Shown here: positions 36,095 through 45,973 of the stretch, one piece after another
Numbering within the stretch: position 1 is the first letter of the stretch
Layout: every line of letters begins with the position of its first letter
Assembly (NCBI RefSeq): GCF_041906005.1
Contig: NZ_JAYRJY010000003.1
Span: forward strand, 3,724 to 67,723
DNA: 64,000 bases
Direction: 5' to 3'
DNA from: Ferrovibrio sp.
Lineage (GTDB): Bacteria; Pseudomonadota; Alphaproteobacteria; Ferrovibrionales; Ferrovibrionaceae
The notes under the pieces: generated by a model
What the model saw: only the letters and a program-made list of their open reading frames with translations
The model's database searches: none
Told to the model about the DNA's origin: nothing
Made by a program: the position numbers and the translations under genes

Positions 36095-36892
36095 TCAGCG
36101 GATCTTGCGCACCTTGTCCATGAAGCGACTGACGCGCGCCTTGTCGACCGCCTTCCAGGTATCGCCATCAACCTTGAAATGCGTGCCGATCACGGCGCCG
36201 TCGGCGATGCTCATGATGTCCGCCACATTGTCGATATTGACGCCGGTATTGGCAAAGACGGGGGTATCGGGCAGGACGTCCTTTACCTTCTTCAGATTGC
36301 CGGTTTCGACCGCTTCACCGGTCATCGGGCCGGAAACAAGCACTATATCGGCAAGGGATGAAAAAACGGCGCTCTTGGCACGGGCGGCGATGGACCGGTC
36401 GCCGATGGGCGAGGCAAATTCCGCATTGATATTGTACATCAGCTTCAGATCGGCACGATTGCAATCGGCGCGCAGTCGCACGGCGCTGGCCGCATCCGGC
36501 GCCCACAGCCCCATGTCGGAATCATAGACACCGGTGAAGATCTCGCGCACGAAGCGGGCGCCGCTGGCAACGCCCAAGGCGACGCTGGCGACCGGGTCCC
36601 ACAGGTAGTTGACGCCGAAGGGGATCCTGATCGTCCGCTTCAGTTCCCCCACGGCAAAGGACATGGCCGCCAAGGATTGCGGCGAGGCCTTGAGAAGATA
36701 GGGCCGGTCGCCTTCGTTGCCAAACATGACGGCATCGACGCCGCCATCCTGCAGGGCGGCAATATCCGCTGCCGCCAGATCGATCAGCTTCTGCATGCCG
36801 CCATCCTTGTCATAGAGCGGCGAGCCCGGCAGGGGGCCGAAATGAATCATGGCGATGATAGGCTTATGACTGCCGAAGGTTGTCTTGATCAT
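36095..36892 (-). CDS. BtpA/SgcQ family TIM-barrel protein
   Basis: MIHFGPLPGSP, GVDAVMFGNEGDRPY, GVNYLWD, VSGPMTG and ANTGV. Confidence 0.88.
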   Translation of the reverse strand: MIKTTFGSHKPIIAMIHFGPLPGSPLYDKDGGMQKLIDLAAADIAALQDGGVDAVMFGNEGDRPYLLKASPQSLAAMSFAVGELKRTIRIPFGVNYLWDPVASVALGVASGARFVREIFTGVYDSDMGLWAPDAASAVRLRADCNRADLKLMYNINAEFASPIGDRSIAARAKSAVFSSLADIVLVSGPMTGEAVETGNLKKVKDVLPDTPVFANTGVNIDNVADIMSIADGAVIGTHFKVDGDTWKAVDKARVSRFMDKVRKIR

Positions 36893-36918
36893 GCTGGACT
36901 CTCTGCTTTCAAAAAATG

Positions 36919-38040
36919 TCAGGCAATTTGCGGACGGGCCAGAACATTGCCGGTCTGCGCGTCGAAGAGATGCATTTGGGTGAGGTCGTAATGGAGCGTG
37001 AGGGCAGCGCCCGGACGCGCCAGGAAGTCGCGCGGCATGCGGGCCATGATCTCCGGTCCGCCCGCGCCACCAAGTTCCGCAACCAGGATCACTTCGGGAC
37101 CCAGCAATTCCACGGCGACGGCCTGGACGGCGACAGGTGTCGACCGTTCACCCATGGGGACGAGGTGGAAATCCTCGGGGCGCAGGCCGACGGTTACCGC
37201 CTTCCCGGCATGGCCAGCATAGCCCTGCCGGAAGGCCTGTGGGATTGGAAAACGGGCCGTTCCAACGATGGCGTCGAGCCCACCCTGCCCTGCGCTTTCC
37301 AGGCCGCCCGTCACCAGATTCATGGGTGGGCTGGCCAGGAATCCCGCAACGAAGGTATTGGCTGGATTGCGATAGACCTCCAAGGGAGCGCCCACCTGGA
37401 TGATATGGCCATCCTTCATGATGCAGATGCGCTGGCCCATGGTCATGGCCTCGATCTGGTCATGGGTAACATGGATGATGGTCGTACCCACCTTGTGATG
37501 CAGCTTGATGAGCTCGGTACGCATGGCGGCGCGCAATTTGGCGTCGAGATTGGAGAGCGGTTCGTCGAGCAGGAAGGCCTGCGGTTCGCGCACCAGGGCC
37601 CGCCCCAAAGCGACGCGCTGGCGCTGGCCGCCGGAGAGCTGCGCCGGCTTGCGTTCGAGCAGCGGTTCGATGCCCATCATGGTGGAAATCGCCTTGATGC
37701 GACGCTCGATCTCGCCCCTTTCGACGCCGCGCAGCTTCAGGCCGAAGCCGAGATTGCCAGCCACCGTCATGTGGGGATAGAGCGCATAGTTCTGGAAAAC
37801 GATGGCGATGTCGCGGTCGGCCGGGTCGACATCATTCATCCGCTTTCCACCGATGAGGAGATCGCCCTTCGAAATGGATTCGAGCCCGCCGATCATGCGC
37901 AAGGTGGTGGATTTTCCGCAACCCGACGGTCCCAGGAAGATCATGAACTCGCCGTCCTTGATCTCCAGACTGATATCGTCGACGGCGACGACCGAGCCGC
38001 CATAGACCTTGCTGATGTTCTTTAGCTCAATGCCGGCCAT
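36919..38040 (-). CDS. MalK/UgpC-type ABC ATPase
   Basis: GPSGCGKST, FQNYALYPHM, LSGGQRQR and LDEPLSNLD. Confidence 0.93.
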   Translation of the reverse strand: MAGIELKNISKVYGGSVVAVDDISLEIKDGEFMIFLGPSGCGKSTTLRMIGGLESISKGDLLIGGKRMNDVDPADRDIAIVFQNYALYPHMTVAGNLGFGLKLRGVERGEIERRIKAISTMMGIEPLLERKPAQLSGGQRQRVALGRALVREPQAFLLDEPLSNLDAKLRAAMRTELIKLHHKVGTTIIHVTHDQIEAMTMGQRICIMKDGHIIQVGAPLEVYRNPANTFVAGFLASPPMNLVTGGLESAGQGGLDAIVGTARFPIPQAFRQGYAGHAGKAVTVGLRPEDFHLVPMGERSTPVAVQAVAVELLGPEVILVAELGGAGGPEIMARMPRDFLARPGAALTLHYDLTQMHLFDAQTGNVLARPQIA

Positions 38041-38053
38041 GGACAGCGTATCC

Positions 38054-38953
38054 TTAATTCAGCGAACGCATGTAGCGATAGAGGTAGGCCGTGAGGCCGA
38101 GAATGGCCGTCAGCAGGATGATCGACATGGCGGATGCTTCGCCGATGTTGAGGCTGACGAAGGCCGTCCGATAGATGAAATAGCTGACGAAATCAGTCGC
38201 CGTGCCCGGGCCGCCGCGCGTCATGATGTAGATGAGATCGTAGGTCTTCACTGCGAAGATGAGGCGGATGAGCAGCGTCACCACGATCACCGTCCGCATC
38301 ATCGGCAGGGTGATATGGATGAAGCACTGGAAGGCATTGGCGCCGTCGATTCGTGCCGCCTCGTAGGGCTCTTTCGGGAGCGAGGAGAGGCCCGCCAACA
38401 GCAGCACGATCATGAACGAGACCTGGTGCCAGATATCGACCAGAATCACCGTCCAGATCGCGACCTTGGTGTCGCCCAGCCAATTGACCGGGCTGATGCC
38501 GATCGTACCCAGCAGATAGTTCACGATACCGAGATTCGGATGCAGGAACATGCGCCAGATGAGGCCGACGATCACTGGGTTCATCAACAACGGACAGAGC
38601 AGGATGGCGTAATAGACCGGCTTGAAGCGCTCGACCTTGTTGAGCATCAGAGCGACGGCGAAGCCGATGATGAATTCCAGCACCACCACGCCAATGACGA
38701 AACGCATGGTCAGCCAGGCGGAGTGACGGAATTCGGCATCGGCCAAGGCCAGCTTGAAATTCGTCAGTCCGGTGAAGGTATCGAAGTTCGGCGCAATCAG
38801 CGTGTATTCGTGGAGAGACGTGAACAGAGCCGAAAGAACGGGAAAGAGGATGATGAGAAACAGCACGATCAGACTGGGGCTCGCCATGGCGTAGCCGAAC
38901 CGGCGGTCACGCCGGTCGGCTGCGGTGGCTGCTTGTCCCATCCTGCCCATCAT
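38054..38953 (-). CDS. Carbohydrate ABC permease
   Basis: DIWHQVSF, YEAARIDGA and TRGGPG; start reassigned from the track's 39274. Confidence 0.88.
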   Translation of the reverse strand: MMGRMGQAATAADRRDRRFGYAMASPSLIVLFLIILFPVLSALFTSLHEYTLIAPNFDTFTGLTNFKLALADAEFRHSAWLTMRFVIGVVVLEFIIGFAVALMLNKVERFKPVYYAILLCPLLMNPVIVGLIWRMFLHPNLGIVNYLLGTIGISPVNWLGDTKVAIWTVILVDIWHQVSFMIVLLLAGLSSLPKEPYEAARIDGANAFQCFIHITLPMMRTVIVVTLLIRLIFAVKTYDLIYIMTRGGPGTATDFVSYFIYRTAFVSLNIGEASAMSIILLTAILGLTAYLYRYMRSLN

Positions 38954-38976
38954 GCCTGCTTCCCCGTTTCGTCTCG

Positions 38977-40254
38977 TTACTGCAACTTGCCGTCTTTCTT
39001 GGCGAGTTCGGTGAACTCGACCTCGATCGCGGCCAAGGCGTCTTGCGGGCTCTTCTCGCCGGCCACGGCAAGGCTCAGTTCGCGGCCAAGCACTTCCACC
39101 AGTTGCGGGGTGTAGGTGAAGACCGCGAAATTGTGGCTGGTGAGCAGGAGTTTCTTCAGCGCCGGATAATAGGGGTACTTGGCCAACACGTCCGGATCGT
39201 CGAACACGTCCGTGCGGGTCGGCGAACCGCCGGCAAGCGCGCGCTTCTTGGCGGTCTCCTTCGACTCGACCCATTTCAGGAAGGTCCAGGCCGCATCCGG
39301 ATTCGGGCTCGATTTCGGAATGGCCCAGCCCCAGGCACCGTTCAAGCTGCCGCCTTTGTCAGGCGAGACGCCCGGCACCGGCATGATTTCGACCTTGCCG
39401 ACAACGGCCGATTTCTTGGGGTCGTCATAGGATGTGCGGAAGAAGTTGTAGGTGATGTAGCTATAGGCCTTGCCCTGGGCCATCACGTTGAAAGCCTCGT
39501 CGAAGCCGAAGCTTGCCGAGCCGACGGGACCGTATTTGTTGATGGCGGTGGTGTATTGTTCCAGCGCCTTAACACCGGCCTCGGTGTTGAGCGTAGGCTT
39601 CCAATTGGCGTCGTGATACTCGCCGCCATTGGCAAAGAGATAGTTCGACCATTCCATGGCGATCGGATCAGGGCGCAGGCCCTGGTTGACCACGCCGTAA
39701 AAGCCATCCTTGGTGAAGAACTCGACCTGTTTGAGATACTCGTCCCAGGTCTGGGGGACGCGCAGGTCCATATTGTATTTGGCCTTGAAGCCGGCCTGGT
39801 TCTTCGCATCGGCCAGAAGATCGGTGCGATAGGTGAGACCCATCGCGTAATTGTAGAAAGGCAGCATATAGGTGGTGCCGTCGACCTTGCCGACCAGGTC
39901 CATCAACGCCGGCACATAGACGGACGTGTCGAAGTTGTCGGCCTTGATGCGCTCGTCGAGCGGCTGCATCCAGCCCGCCTTGGCAAACTCGCCGACCCAA
40001 TAGAAATCGACCACGATGGCTGAATAGCTGCCCTTGGGCGCCACCAACTGCGGCACCAGTTTGGTGTGCATTTCGGCATAGTTGACCACTTCAAGATTGA
40101 CGTCGATGCCGGTCTCCTTGGTGAATTCGGGCACCAGCGCCTTGACGTATTCAGTGTCCGGGACACCTTCCATCAGGATGTTCACTGTCTCGGCCGCGGC
40201 CGATCCGACAAAGCTCAGGGCCATTACCGAGCCCAGAAGCAGTTTCTTGAGCAT
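38977..40254 (-). CDS. Sugar/polyol ABC substrate-binding protein
   Basis: Signal peptide; LPFYNYAMGLTYRTD and GAWGWAIP. Confidence 0.9.
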   Translation of the reverse strand: MLKKLLLGSVMALSFVGSAAAETVNILMEGVPDTEYVKALVPEFTKETGIDVNLEVVNYAEMHTKLVPQLVAPKGSYSAIVVDFYWVGEFAKAGWMQPLDERIKADNFDTSVYVPALMDLVGKVDGTTYMLPFYNYAMGLTYRTDLLADAKNQAGFKAKYNMDLRVPQTWDEYLKQVEFFTKDGFYGVVNQGLRPDPIAMEWSNYLFANGGEYHDANWKPTLNTEAGVKALEQYTTAINKYGPVGSASFGFDEAFNVMAQGKAYSYITYNFFRTSYDDPKKSAVVGKVEIMPVPGVSPDKGGSLNGAWGWAIPKSSPNPDAAWTFLKWVESKETAKKRALAGGSPTRTDVFDDPDVLAKYPYYPALKKLLLTSHNFAVFTYTPQLVEVLGRELSLAVAGEKSPQDALAAIEVEFTELAKKDGKLQ

Positions 40255-40301
40255 GATCCAACCTCCCTTTTATAGGCCCCACGACAAGGCGCGCAGGCTC
40301 G

Positions 40302-41114
40302 TCATTTCAGGGCACCCAATGACAAGCCTTTGATCAGATATTTGCGCAGGAACGGCAGCAGCGCGAAGATCGGCAGCAACGAGACTACGGTCGCCGCGGC
40401 GAGCGGCGCGATCTCGACGCCGGCATGGGTTTCCATGCTGGCAAGACCGATCGGCAGGGTCTGGCTGTCGGCACCGCTCAAGACAAGCGCGAAGAGGAAC
40501 TCATTCCAGCTGAGGATGAAACCGAGGAGACCGGCAGCGAGGATGCCGGGTGCCGCCACCGGCACAGCAATCTTGATGAAGGCCTGCCAGCGCGTGGCGC
40601 CGTCGATGCGCGCCGCTTCTTCAAGACTCGCCGAATCCCCTTCAAAGAACGAGACCAGCATCCAGGCAAGGAACGGCAAGCTGATGGTGAGATGCGACAA
40701 GATGAGACCCAAATGGGTCTGCATCAGGCCGGTACTGAAAAACAGGGTGAAGAGCGGCAGGACCAGGATGATCGGCGGCAGCATCTGGCTGGCCAACACA
40801 CCGAGACGCAGGAAAGCGCCGCCCGTATTGAAGCGCGCGAAGGCATAGGCCATGGCCGTGGCCAGCGGCAAAGCAATGGCCGTCGAAGCCAGTGCCACGA
40901 TCAGACTGTTCAGAAACCAGCGCTCAAACGGATATTTCGAGAAGATTTCGACATAGTTTTCGAGCCCCAGATGACCGATTTCGGGCGGAATCTTATAGGC
41001 GGTGAGCTTGTCGGTGAGGCTGACGCGCAAAATCCAGATCAGCGGCAGCAGAATGCACAGCGAGAAGATCGAAAGCACGATATGCGGAACGATATGGCGC
41101 CAGCCCCGTCGCAT
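40302..41114 (-). CDS. Carbohydrate ABC permease
   Basis: LEEAARIDGA, WNEFLFA and QTLPIG; start reassigned to ATG 41114. Confidence 0.88.
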   Translation of the reverse strand: MRRGWRHIVPHIVLSIFSLCILLPLIWILRVSLTDKLTAYKIPPEIGHLGLENYVEIFSKYPFERWFLNSLIVALASTAIALPLATAMAYAFARFNTGGAFLRLGVLASQMLPPIILVLPLFTLFFSTGLMQTHLGLILSHLTISLPFLAWMLVSFFEGDSASLEEAARIDGATRWQAFIKIAVPVAAPGILAAGLLGFILSWNEFLFALVLSGADSQTLPIGLASMETHAGVEIAPLAAATVVSLLPIFALLPFLRKYLIKGLSLGALK

Positions 41115-41122
41115 GATGTGCC

Positions 41123-41899
41123 TCAATCCATCCTGACGCCGCCGGTGACATTGAGCGCCTCGCCCGTGACGAAGCCGGCGAGATCGCTGGCCAGGAAAAG
41201 CACGGTCTTGGCGACGTCTTCCGGCTGCTCCAGGCGGCCCATCGGTGTCTGGTTGATATAGTCGTCGATCACCGCCTGGGGCGACATCTGCCGCAGCTTG
41301 GCCTCCCACTCGACTTCGCGGGATTGCATGCCGGTCTTGACGAAACCGGGGCACACGCAATTGACGCGGATGCCATGCGGCGCCATCTCGCGCGCCAGGG
41401 CCTGGGTGAAGCCGACCACCGCGAACTTGCTGGCCGAATAGTGCGCCAGCCATGGCGCACCCCATTTGCCGGCAAGGGACGCGGTATTGACGATGACGCC
41501 CTGGCGCTTCTCGGCCAGGAAATGCCGCACCGCTGCCTGGTTCGTGAGGAAGATGCCCTTGGCGTTGACGTCGAAATTGAAGTCCCAATCCTCGTCCGTG
41601 AGGTCGGTGACGAGTTTCATCGACGAGACGCCGGCATTCGCCGCAAGGACATCGTAACCACCAAAACGCTCAATGACGGTTACGAAGGCGGCGGTCACAC
41701 TGGCGCGGTCGCGGACGTCGATCTTGAGACCGATATGCTGGTCACCCAGCCCCCTTGCGGCGGCAACGGCACCGGTTTCATCAAGATCGGCGATCGCCAC
41801 ACGCATGCCGGCAGCATGAAACTGGCGCGCGATCGCCAGCCCGATACCCGTAGCACCGCCGGTGACGATGGCACGCTTGCCCGCCAACTCCTTCAGCAT
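41123..41899 (-). CDS. SDR (polyol/sugar dehydrogenase-like)
   Basis: TGGATGIG, NAG, YSASKFAV and VCPGFVKT. Confidence 0.9.
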   Translation of the reverse strand: MLKELAGKRAIVTGGATGIGLAIARQFHAAGMRVAIADLDETGAVAAARGLGDQHIGLKIDVRDRASVTAAFVTVIERFGGYDVLAANAGVSSMKLVTDLTDEDWDFNFDVNAKGIFLTNQAAVRHFLAEKRQGVIVNTASLAGKWGAPWLAHYSASKFAVVGFTQALAREMAPHGIRVNCVCPGFVKTGMQSREVEWEAKLRQMSPQAVIDDYINQTPMGRLEQPEDVAKTVLFLASDLAGFVTGEALNVTGGVRMD

Positions 41900-41917
41900 C
41901 CCTATCACGCCTTTCGT

Positions 41918-42021
41918 TTTCGATCATTATAGATCGATTTCGATCATTAATACTGAAGCGAGTCCGCCTTGGCAAGTCCCGAGACTGGATTTTTCAACAA
42001 TCGCCGCTACTATGATCGAAA
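41918..42021. promoter_or_regulatory. Candidate DeoR operator repeats (TTTCGATCAT x3)
   Basis: Forward copies at 41918-41928 and 41938-41948 (20-bp period); reverse copy at 42012-42021. Confidence 0.55.
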
Positions 42022-42046
42022 ATGATCATGTTGGTGCCCGATTCGA

Positions 42047-42868
42047 ATGACCGCTAAAACTGCTGCCCCAGCGCGCGCGCAGATAACAATCCGCGATGGA
42101 TTGCTGCGCGACTTTGTCGAACGCCGGGGATTTGCGACCGTCAGTGAGATTGCGGCTGAACTGGGCGTGTCGGAGATCACCGTGCGGCGCGACCTGACCC
42201 GGCTGGAAAGCCAGGGCCTGCTGGTGCGGACCCATGGCGGAGCGCTGGCCGGCAAGCTCAGTTCCGCCGAGAGCTTCGACAGCGACGAACCGACCTTCGA
42301 GGCAAGACGCCGGCGCAATGCCGACGCCAAGACCCGGATCGGCGTCGCCGCCGCCGCGCTGGTACGCCCGGGCGCCACGATCGGCATCGATGTCGGCACA
42401 ACGACCTTGGAACTGGCGCGCCAGTTGGCGACGCGTGCCGATATCAAGATCTTCACCAACAATGTCCGCGCTGCGACTTTGCTGGCCGAGGGACCGGCCG
42501 CAGTCTACCTGCCAGGCGGCCAGTTGCGTGCCAAAGAACTGTCGGTCCACGGCTCAATCGCCATCGCTCAGTTGCGGCATTACTGGTTTGATCAGGCATT
42601 CATCGGCTTTTCAGGCCTGACCGACCAGGGCCTGTTCGACTATTCGCTGGAAGATACCGAGATCAAGCGCGTCTATATCGAGCGCGCCGCCCAGATCGTG
42701 GCGCTGTGCGATTCCTCGAAGTTCGGCCGCCTTTCCATGGCGCGTGTCGGCACGCTGGAGGAAATCGATACCCTCATCACCGACGCGCAGCCGCCTGCTG
42801 CCCTGCGCGATGCGCTGGAACAGGCCAATGTCTCGATCATCGTGGCAGAGGCGGCCGGCTCTGAGTGA
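42047..42868 (+). CDS. DeoR/GlpR family regulator
   Basis: VSEITVRRDL, RTHGGA, DVGTTT and CDSSKFG. Confidence 0.93.
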   Translation: MTAKTAAPARAQITIRDGLLRDFVERRGFATVSEIAAELGVSEITVRRDLTRLESQGLLVRTHGGALAGKLSSAESFDSDEPTFEARRRRNADAKTRIGVAAAALVRPGATIGIDVGTTTLELARQLATRADIKIFTNNVRAATLLAEGPAAVYLPGGQLRAKELSVHGSIAIAQLRHYWFDQAFIGFSGLTDQGLFDYSLEDTEIKRVYIERAAQIVALCDSSKFGRLSMARVGTLEEIDTLITDAQPPAALRDALEQANVSIIVAEAAGSE

Positions 42869-42874
42869 AAGGAC

Positions 42875-44101
42875 CTATCGCCGCGTGCGAACGAATAGAG
42901 CGCCCGCCAGCAGGACATTGAAGAGCGCCAAGCCGACGACGATCCCGAGTGCCGTATGGGCGCCCCAATATTCGATCATCAGGGCACCGACCGAAGGCGC
43001 CGCGGCCTGGGCCATCAGGCTGGGGCGGGCCAATTTGCCCATGATCGGCGCATAGTCGTCAGGGCCGAATAGGACCAGCGGCAAGGTTGCGCGCGCAATG
43101 GATTCCAGGCCGATGCCGGCACCGTAGAAGATCAGGGTCAGGAAGATAAAGGGCAGCCCGCCCCATAGCAGTCCAAGACCGATCGCCACCGCCGAGACCG
43201 AGGCCAGCTTGGTCCAGATCGGGTGATGGTATTTCCCGATCAGCATCTCGACGAAGCGAGCCCCGACCTGCGACGGACCGACCAAGGTGCCCAAGGCAAC
43301 CGCGGCAGCGAGCGTGATATCCCGCGCCTGCAGGATAGTGAGCAGATGCACTGAAATCACGGTCGATACCGTCGAGCCGATCATGATGGTCGCCGCCAGC
43401 AGAAGGAAAGTCGAGCGGGTCGGCCGATATGCGGGAACATCTACGACCGTTGCATCGGCAGCATGCATTGAGAGGTTGCGCCTGGCCGATCCATGCGGCA
43501 GGGCGAAAAGATAGAGCGGCAGGCAGAGGCCGAGGTGAATGAGCGCATAGGTCGCGCAAGCTCCTCGCCAACCGAGTTCCGAGACCAGAAAGGCCGAAAA
43601 GGGCCAGCAGGCGGTGCTGGCAAAGCCGCCGAAGAGAGTGAGGCTCGCGATCATCGGTCGCGCACCCTGGCCGTAAATATGACCCAAGGTAGAAAAGGCC
43701 GGATCATAGAGCCCGGCACCCATGCCAAGGCCGATGATCAGCCAGGCTATGAGGAACACCGGCAAGCTTGGGGCAACAGACAGGCCGAACAGGCCAACAG
43801 CCAGCAGGGTTGCGCTGACGGCAAGGATCGGACGCCCGCCATATTGCCTGATCTTCCGGCCGATGAAAGGCGACGCCAGACCAGCCGTCAGCAGGCCCAG
43901 CGAAAGCCCGCCGACAACCCAGGACAGGGACCACCCCGTATCGTTGGCGATGGGCTCTGCGAGAACCGCGGGAAGATAATAGGAGGAACCCCAAGCGATG
44001 ATCTGGGTCACGCCGAGAACCGGTACGACCAGACGTGGTGAGGTCTTTATGCGCGCCGCGTCTGTGATGTCCCTATTCAAGCAACCGCACCGCAACCGCA
44101 T
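42875..44101 (-). CDS. MFS transporter, ArsK-like candidate (arsenical efflux)
   Basis: TQIIAWGSSYY, LYDPAF, GGFAST and GPSQV; ars context. Start uncertain (ATG 44101 or TTG 44080 overlapping the upstream stop). Confidence 0.75.
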   Translation of the reverse strand: MRLRCGCLNRDITDAARIKTSPRLVVPVLGVTQIIAWGSSYYLPAVLAEPIANDTGWSLSWVVGGLSLGLLTAGLASPFIGRKIRQYGGRPILAVSATLLAVGLFGLSVAPSLPVFLIAWLIIGLGMGAGLYDPAFSTLGHIYGQGARPMIASLTLFGGFASTACWPFSAFLVSELGWRGACATYALIHLGLCLPLYLFALPHGSARRNLSMHAADATVVDVPAYRPTRSTFLLLAATIMIGSTVSTVISVHLLTILQARDITLAAAVALGTLVGPSQVGARFVEMLIGKYHHPIWTKLASVSAVAIGLGLLWGGLPFIFLTLIFYGAGIGLESIARATLPLVLFGPDDYAPIMGKLARPSLMAQAAAPSVGALMIEYWGAHTALGIVVGLALFNVLLAGALFVRTRR

Positions 44102-45459
44102 CCGGCCTTGCCGGCCGATTTGGCGACGACGTCGGCAACACAGCAGGCATTGCTTTCTAGCGGCGCCGGCCCGCCGCAGCAGCCGCTAGCGTCGGCGGCA
44201 CTGTCGGTCGAACAGATCCCGGTCTCGGGCAGCACAAGATGGACGTCGTCCGCCGCTTTCATATCGCCGGCAAGAGCCGCCGCCACGGAGCGCGCCTGTT
44301 CATAGCCGGTCAGCAACAGGAAAGTTGGGGCCCGGCCATAGCTTTTGACACCGATCGTGTAGAAGCCGGGTTCGGGATGCGATGTTTCCTTATGCCCATG
44401 TGGCGGCACTGATCCGCAGGAATGCAGATTGGGATCGATCAGCGGTCCCAAAGCCTTCACCCCTTCCAGCCATGGATCAAGTTCCAGACGAAGTTCGCGC
44501 GTGATTTCCAGGTCTGGCCTCTGTCCTGTTGCGACAATGATCCTGTCCACTGGCGCCAATGCCCGTTCCCCGCTGCTTGTGGTTCCGACCAGCTGCAAGC
44601 CACCTGCTTGTTCGCGAAGCGCCGTCGCGGAAAAATCCGTTATGAGCTCGATTCGCCCCTGGTCAACCAATTGCTTCAGCCTGGTCCCAAGGGCGCCTCG
44701 TGCTTCAAGTTCATCGGCCGAGCCGCCGCCATAGATGCGGTCCATGTTCGTGCCGCGCACGACCCAGACCGCCTTCGTTGCCGATTCGGCCTCCGCCAGC
44801 CGGACGAGATCGAGCAACACATTGATCGCCGAATAGCCACCACCGACCACGGCCACGCGCCGGCCGGCATATTCTGCTCTGCCAGCGCCAAGCACGTCCG
44901 GCATGCCATAGGCGATGCGCTCCGCAAAGGCCGCCTCACCCTGGATCTTGAGGCCCGAGGCACCGAGCGGGTTCGGGTTCTGCCAAGTGCCGGATGCATC
45001 GATGACGGCTCTGGCGAGATCAACCCGCAGTTTGCCGGTCGTCGTCTCGACACGCAATTCGAACGGCTTGGTCTCGCGCCCTTTGCTCGTCACCTTATCG
45101 AGCCCGGCGCGCGAAATTGCGACGATTCTGGCGCCCGTTTCTATCTGGCCTTTGAGCTCGGGCAAATCAGCTAAGGGCTGCAGATAGTCGCGCACAATCT
45201 CTTCTCCCGTGGGGAGCGCGTCAGGTCGCTTCACGTTCCAGCCATGGCGCTCCAGCAGCCGGCGAGATGCCGTATCGACATTCTGCTCCCAAGTCGTGAA
45301 GACGCGGACATGGCCCCAATTGCGGATGTTGGCGCCGACGCTCGCGCCGGCCTCGTAGACCTTGAAGGGAAGGCCACGTTCCGCAAGATGCGCCGCGGCG
45401 GCCAAGCCAATCGGGCCCGCACCAATGATCGCGACCGGAAGTTTCTCGAGAGTGGTCAT
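44077..45459 (-). CDS. Flavin-dependent oxidoreductase, ArsV-like methylarsenite monooxygenase candidate
   Basis: GAGPIG, DASGTW, second dinucleotide motif GGGYSA, KSYGRAPTFL and a Cys-pair-rich tail; sits between an ArsR and an MFS gene. Confidence 0.7.
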   Translation of the reverse strand: MTTLEKLPVAIIGAGPIGLAAAAHLAERGLPFKVYEAGASVGANIRNWGHVRVFTTWEQNVDTASRRLLERHGWNVKRPDALPTGEEIVRDYLQPLADLPELKGQIETGARIVAISRAGLDKVTSKGRETKPFELRVETTTGKLRVDLARAVIDASGTWQNPNPLGASGLKIQGEAAFAERIAYGMPDVLGAGRAEYAGRRVAVVGGGYSAINVLLDLVRLAEAESATKAVWVVRGTNMDRIYGGGSADELEARGALGTRLKQLVDQGRIELITDFSATALREQAGGLQLVGTTSSGERALAPVDRIIVATGQRPDLEITRELRLELDPWLEGVKALGPLIDPNLHSCGSVPPHGHKETSHPEPGFYTIGVKSYGRAPTFLLLTGYEQARSVAAALAGDMKAADDVHLVLPETGICSTDSAADASGCCGGPAPLESNACCVADVVAKSAGKAGCGCGAVA

Positions 45460-45472
45460 CTCGCATCTCCTC

Positions 45473-45494
45473 TATTTCCAACTTATTCGAAATA
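45473..45494. promoter_or_regulatory. ArsR operator upstream of the flavoprotein gene
   Basis: TATTTC-N10-GAAATA palindrome. Confidence 0.7.
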
Positions 45495-45514
45495 TCTGGG
45501 TAAAAAAAAGCCGA

Positions 45515-45829
45515 TCAGGCAGCCTTGCCTTTCGGCTTGCACTTAGCGTCCATGCAGCATTCGTCGACCAGGTAGCCGACTAGGTTTTGCATGGTCGGAT
45601 AGTGCGCATGACATACCAAGGTCGTCCCTTGTCGCTCCTGATAGATGAGCCCGGCCGACATCAGATGGCGGATATGATGCGACAGGGTCGATGCCGCAAT
45701 CTCCAGTTTTTCCTGGAGATCGCCGCAGGAGAGACCATCAGCGCCGGCCCGAACCAAGGCGCGATAAAGTTCGAGCCGGATCGGGTTGCCGAGGGACGAT
45801 AATTGCTGAGCTGCTATTTCGATTTTCAT
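45515..45829 (-). CDS. arsR: ArsR/SmtB regulator 1
   Basis: LGNPIRL, ASTLSHH and C-terminal ECC...C. Confidence 0.88.
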   Translation of the reverse strand: MKIEIAAQQLSSLGNPIRLELYRALVRAGADGLSCGDLQEKLEIAASTLSHHIRHLMSAGLIYQERQGTTLVCHAHYPTMQNLVGYLVDECCMDAKCKPKGKAA

Positions 45830-45973
45830 GGAAATAGAGTGGCCATCCGACGCGCGTCCGTCAAGACGTATTTCAATAATTTTCGAAATAACCGCCTGTC
45901 GTTTCCGGCAGTCACGGAATCTTCACATTGATCGCCTTGACAGAATATCAACATTTCTATGATTATCGAATTA
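45815..45973. promoter_or_regulatory. Three further ArsR operators in the divergent arsR1/arsR2 region
   Basis: TATTTC-N10-GAAATA at 45815-45836 and 45869-45890; CATTTC-N10-GAATTA at 45952-45973; TTGACA at 45937-45942. Confidence 0.7.
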
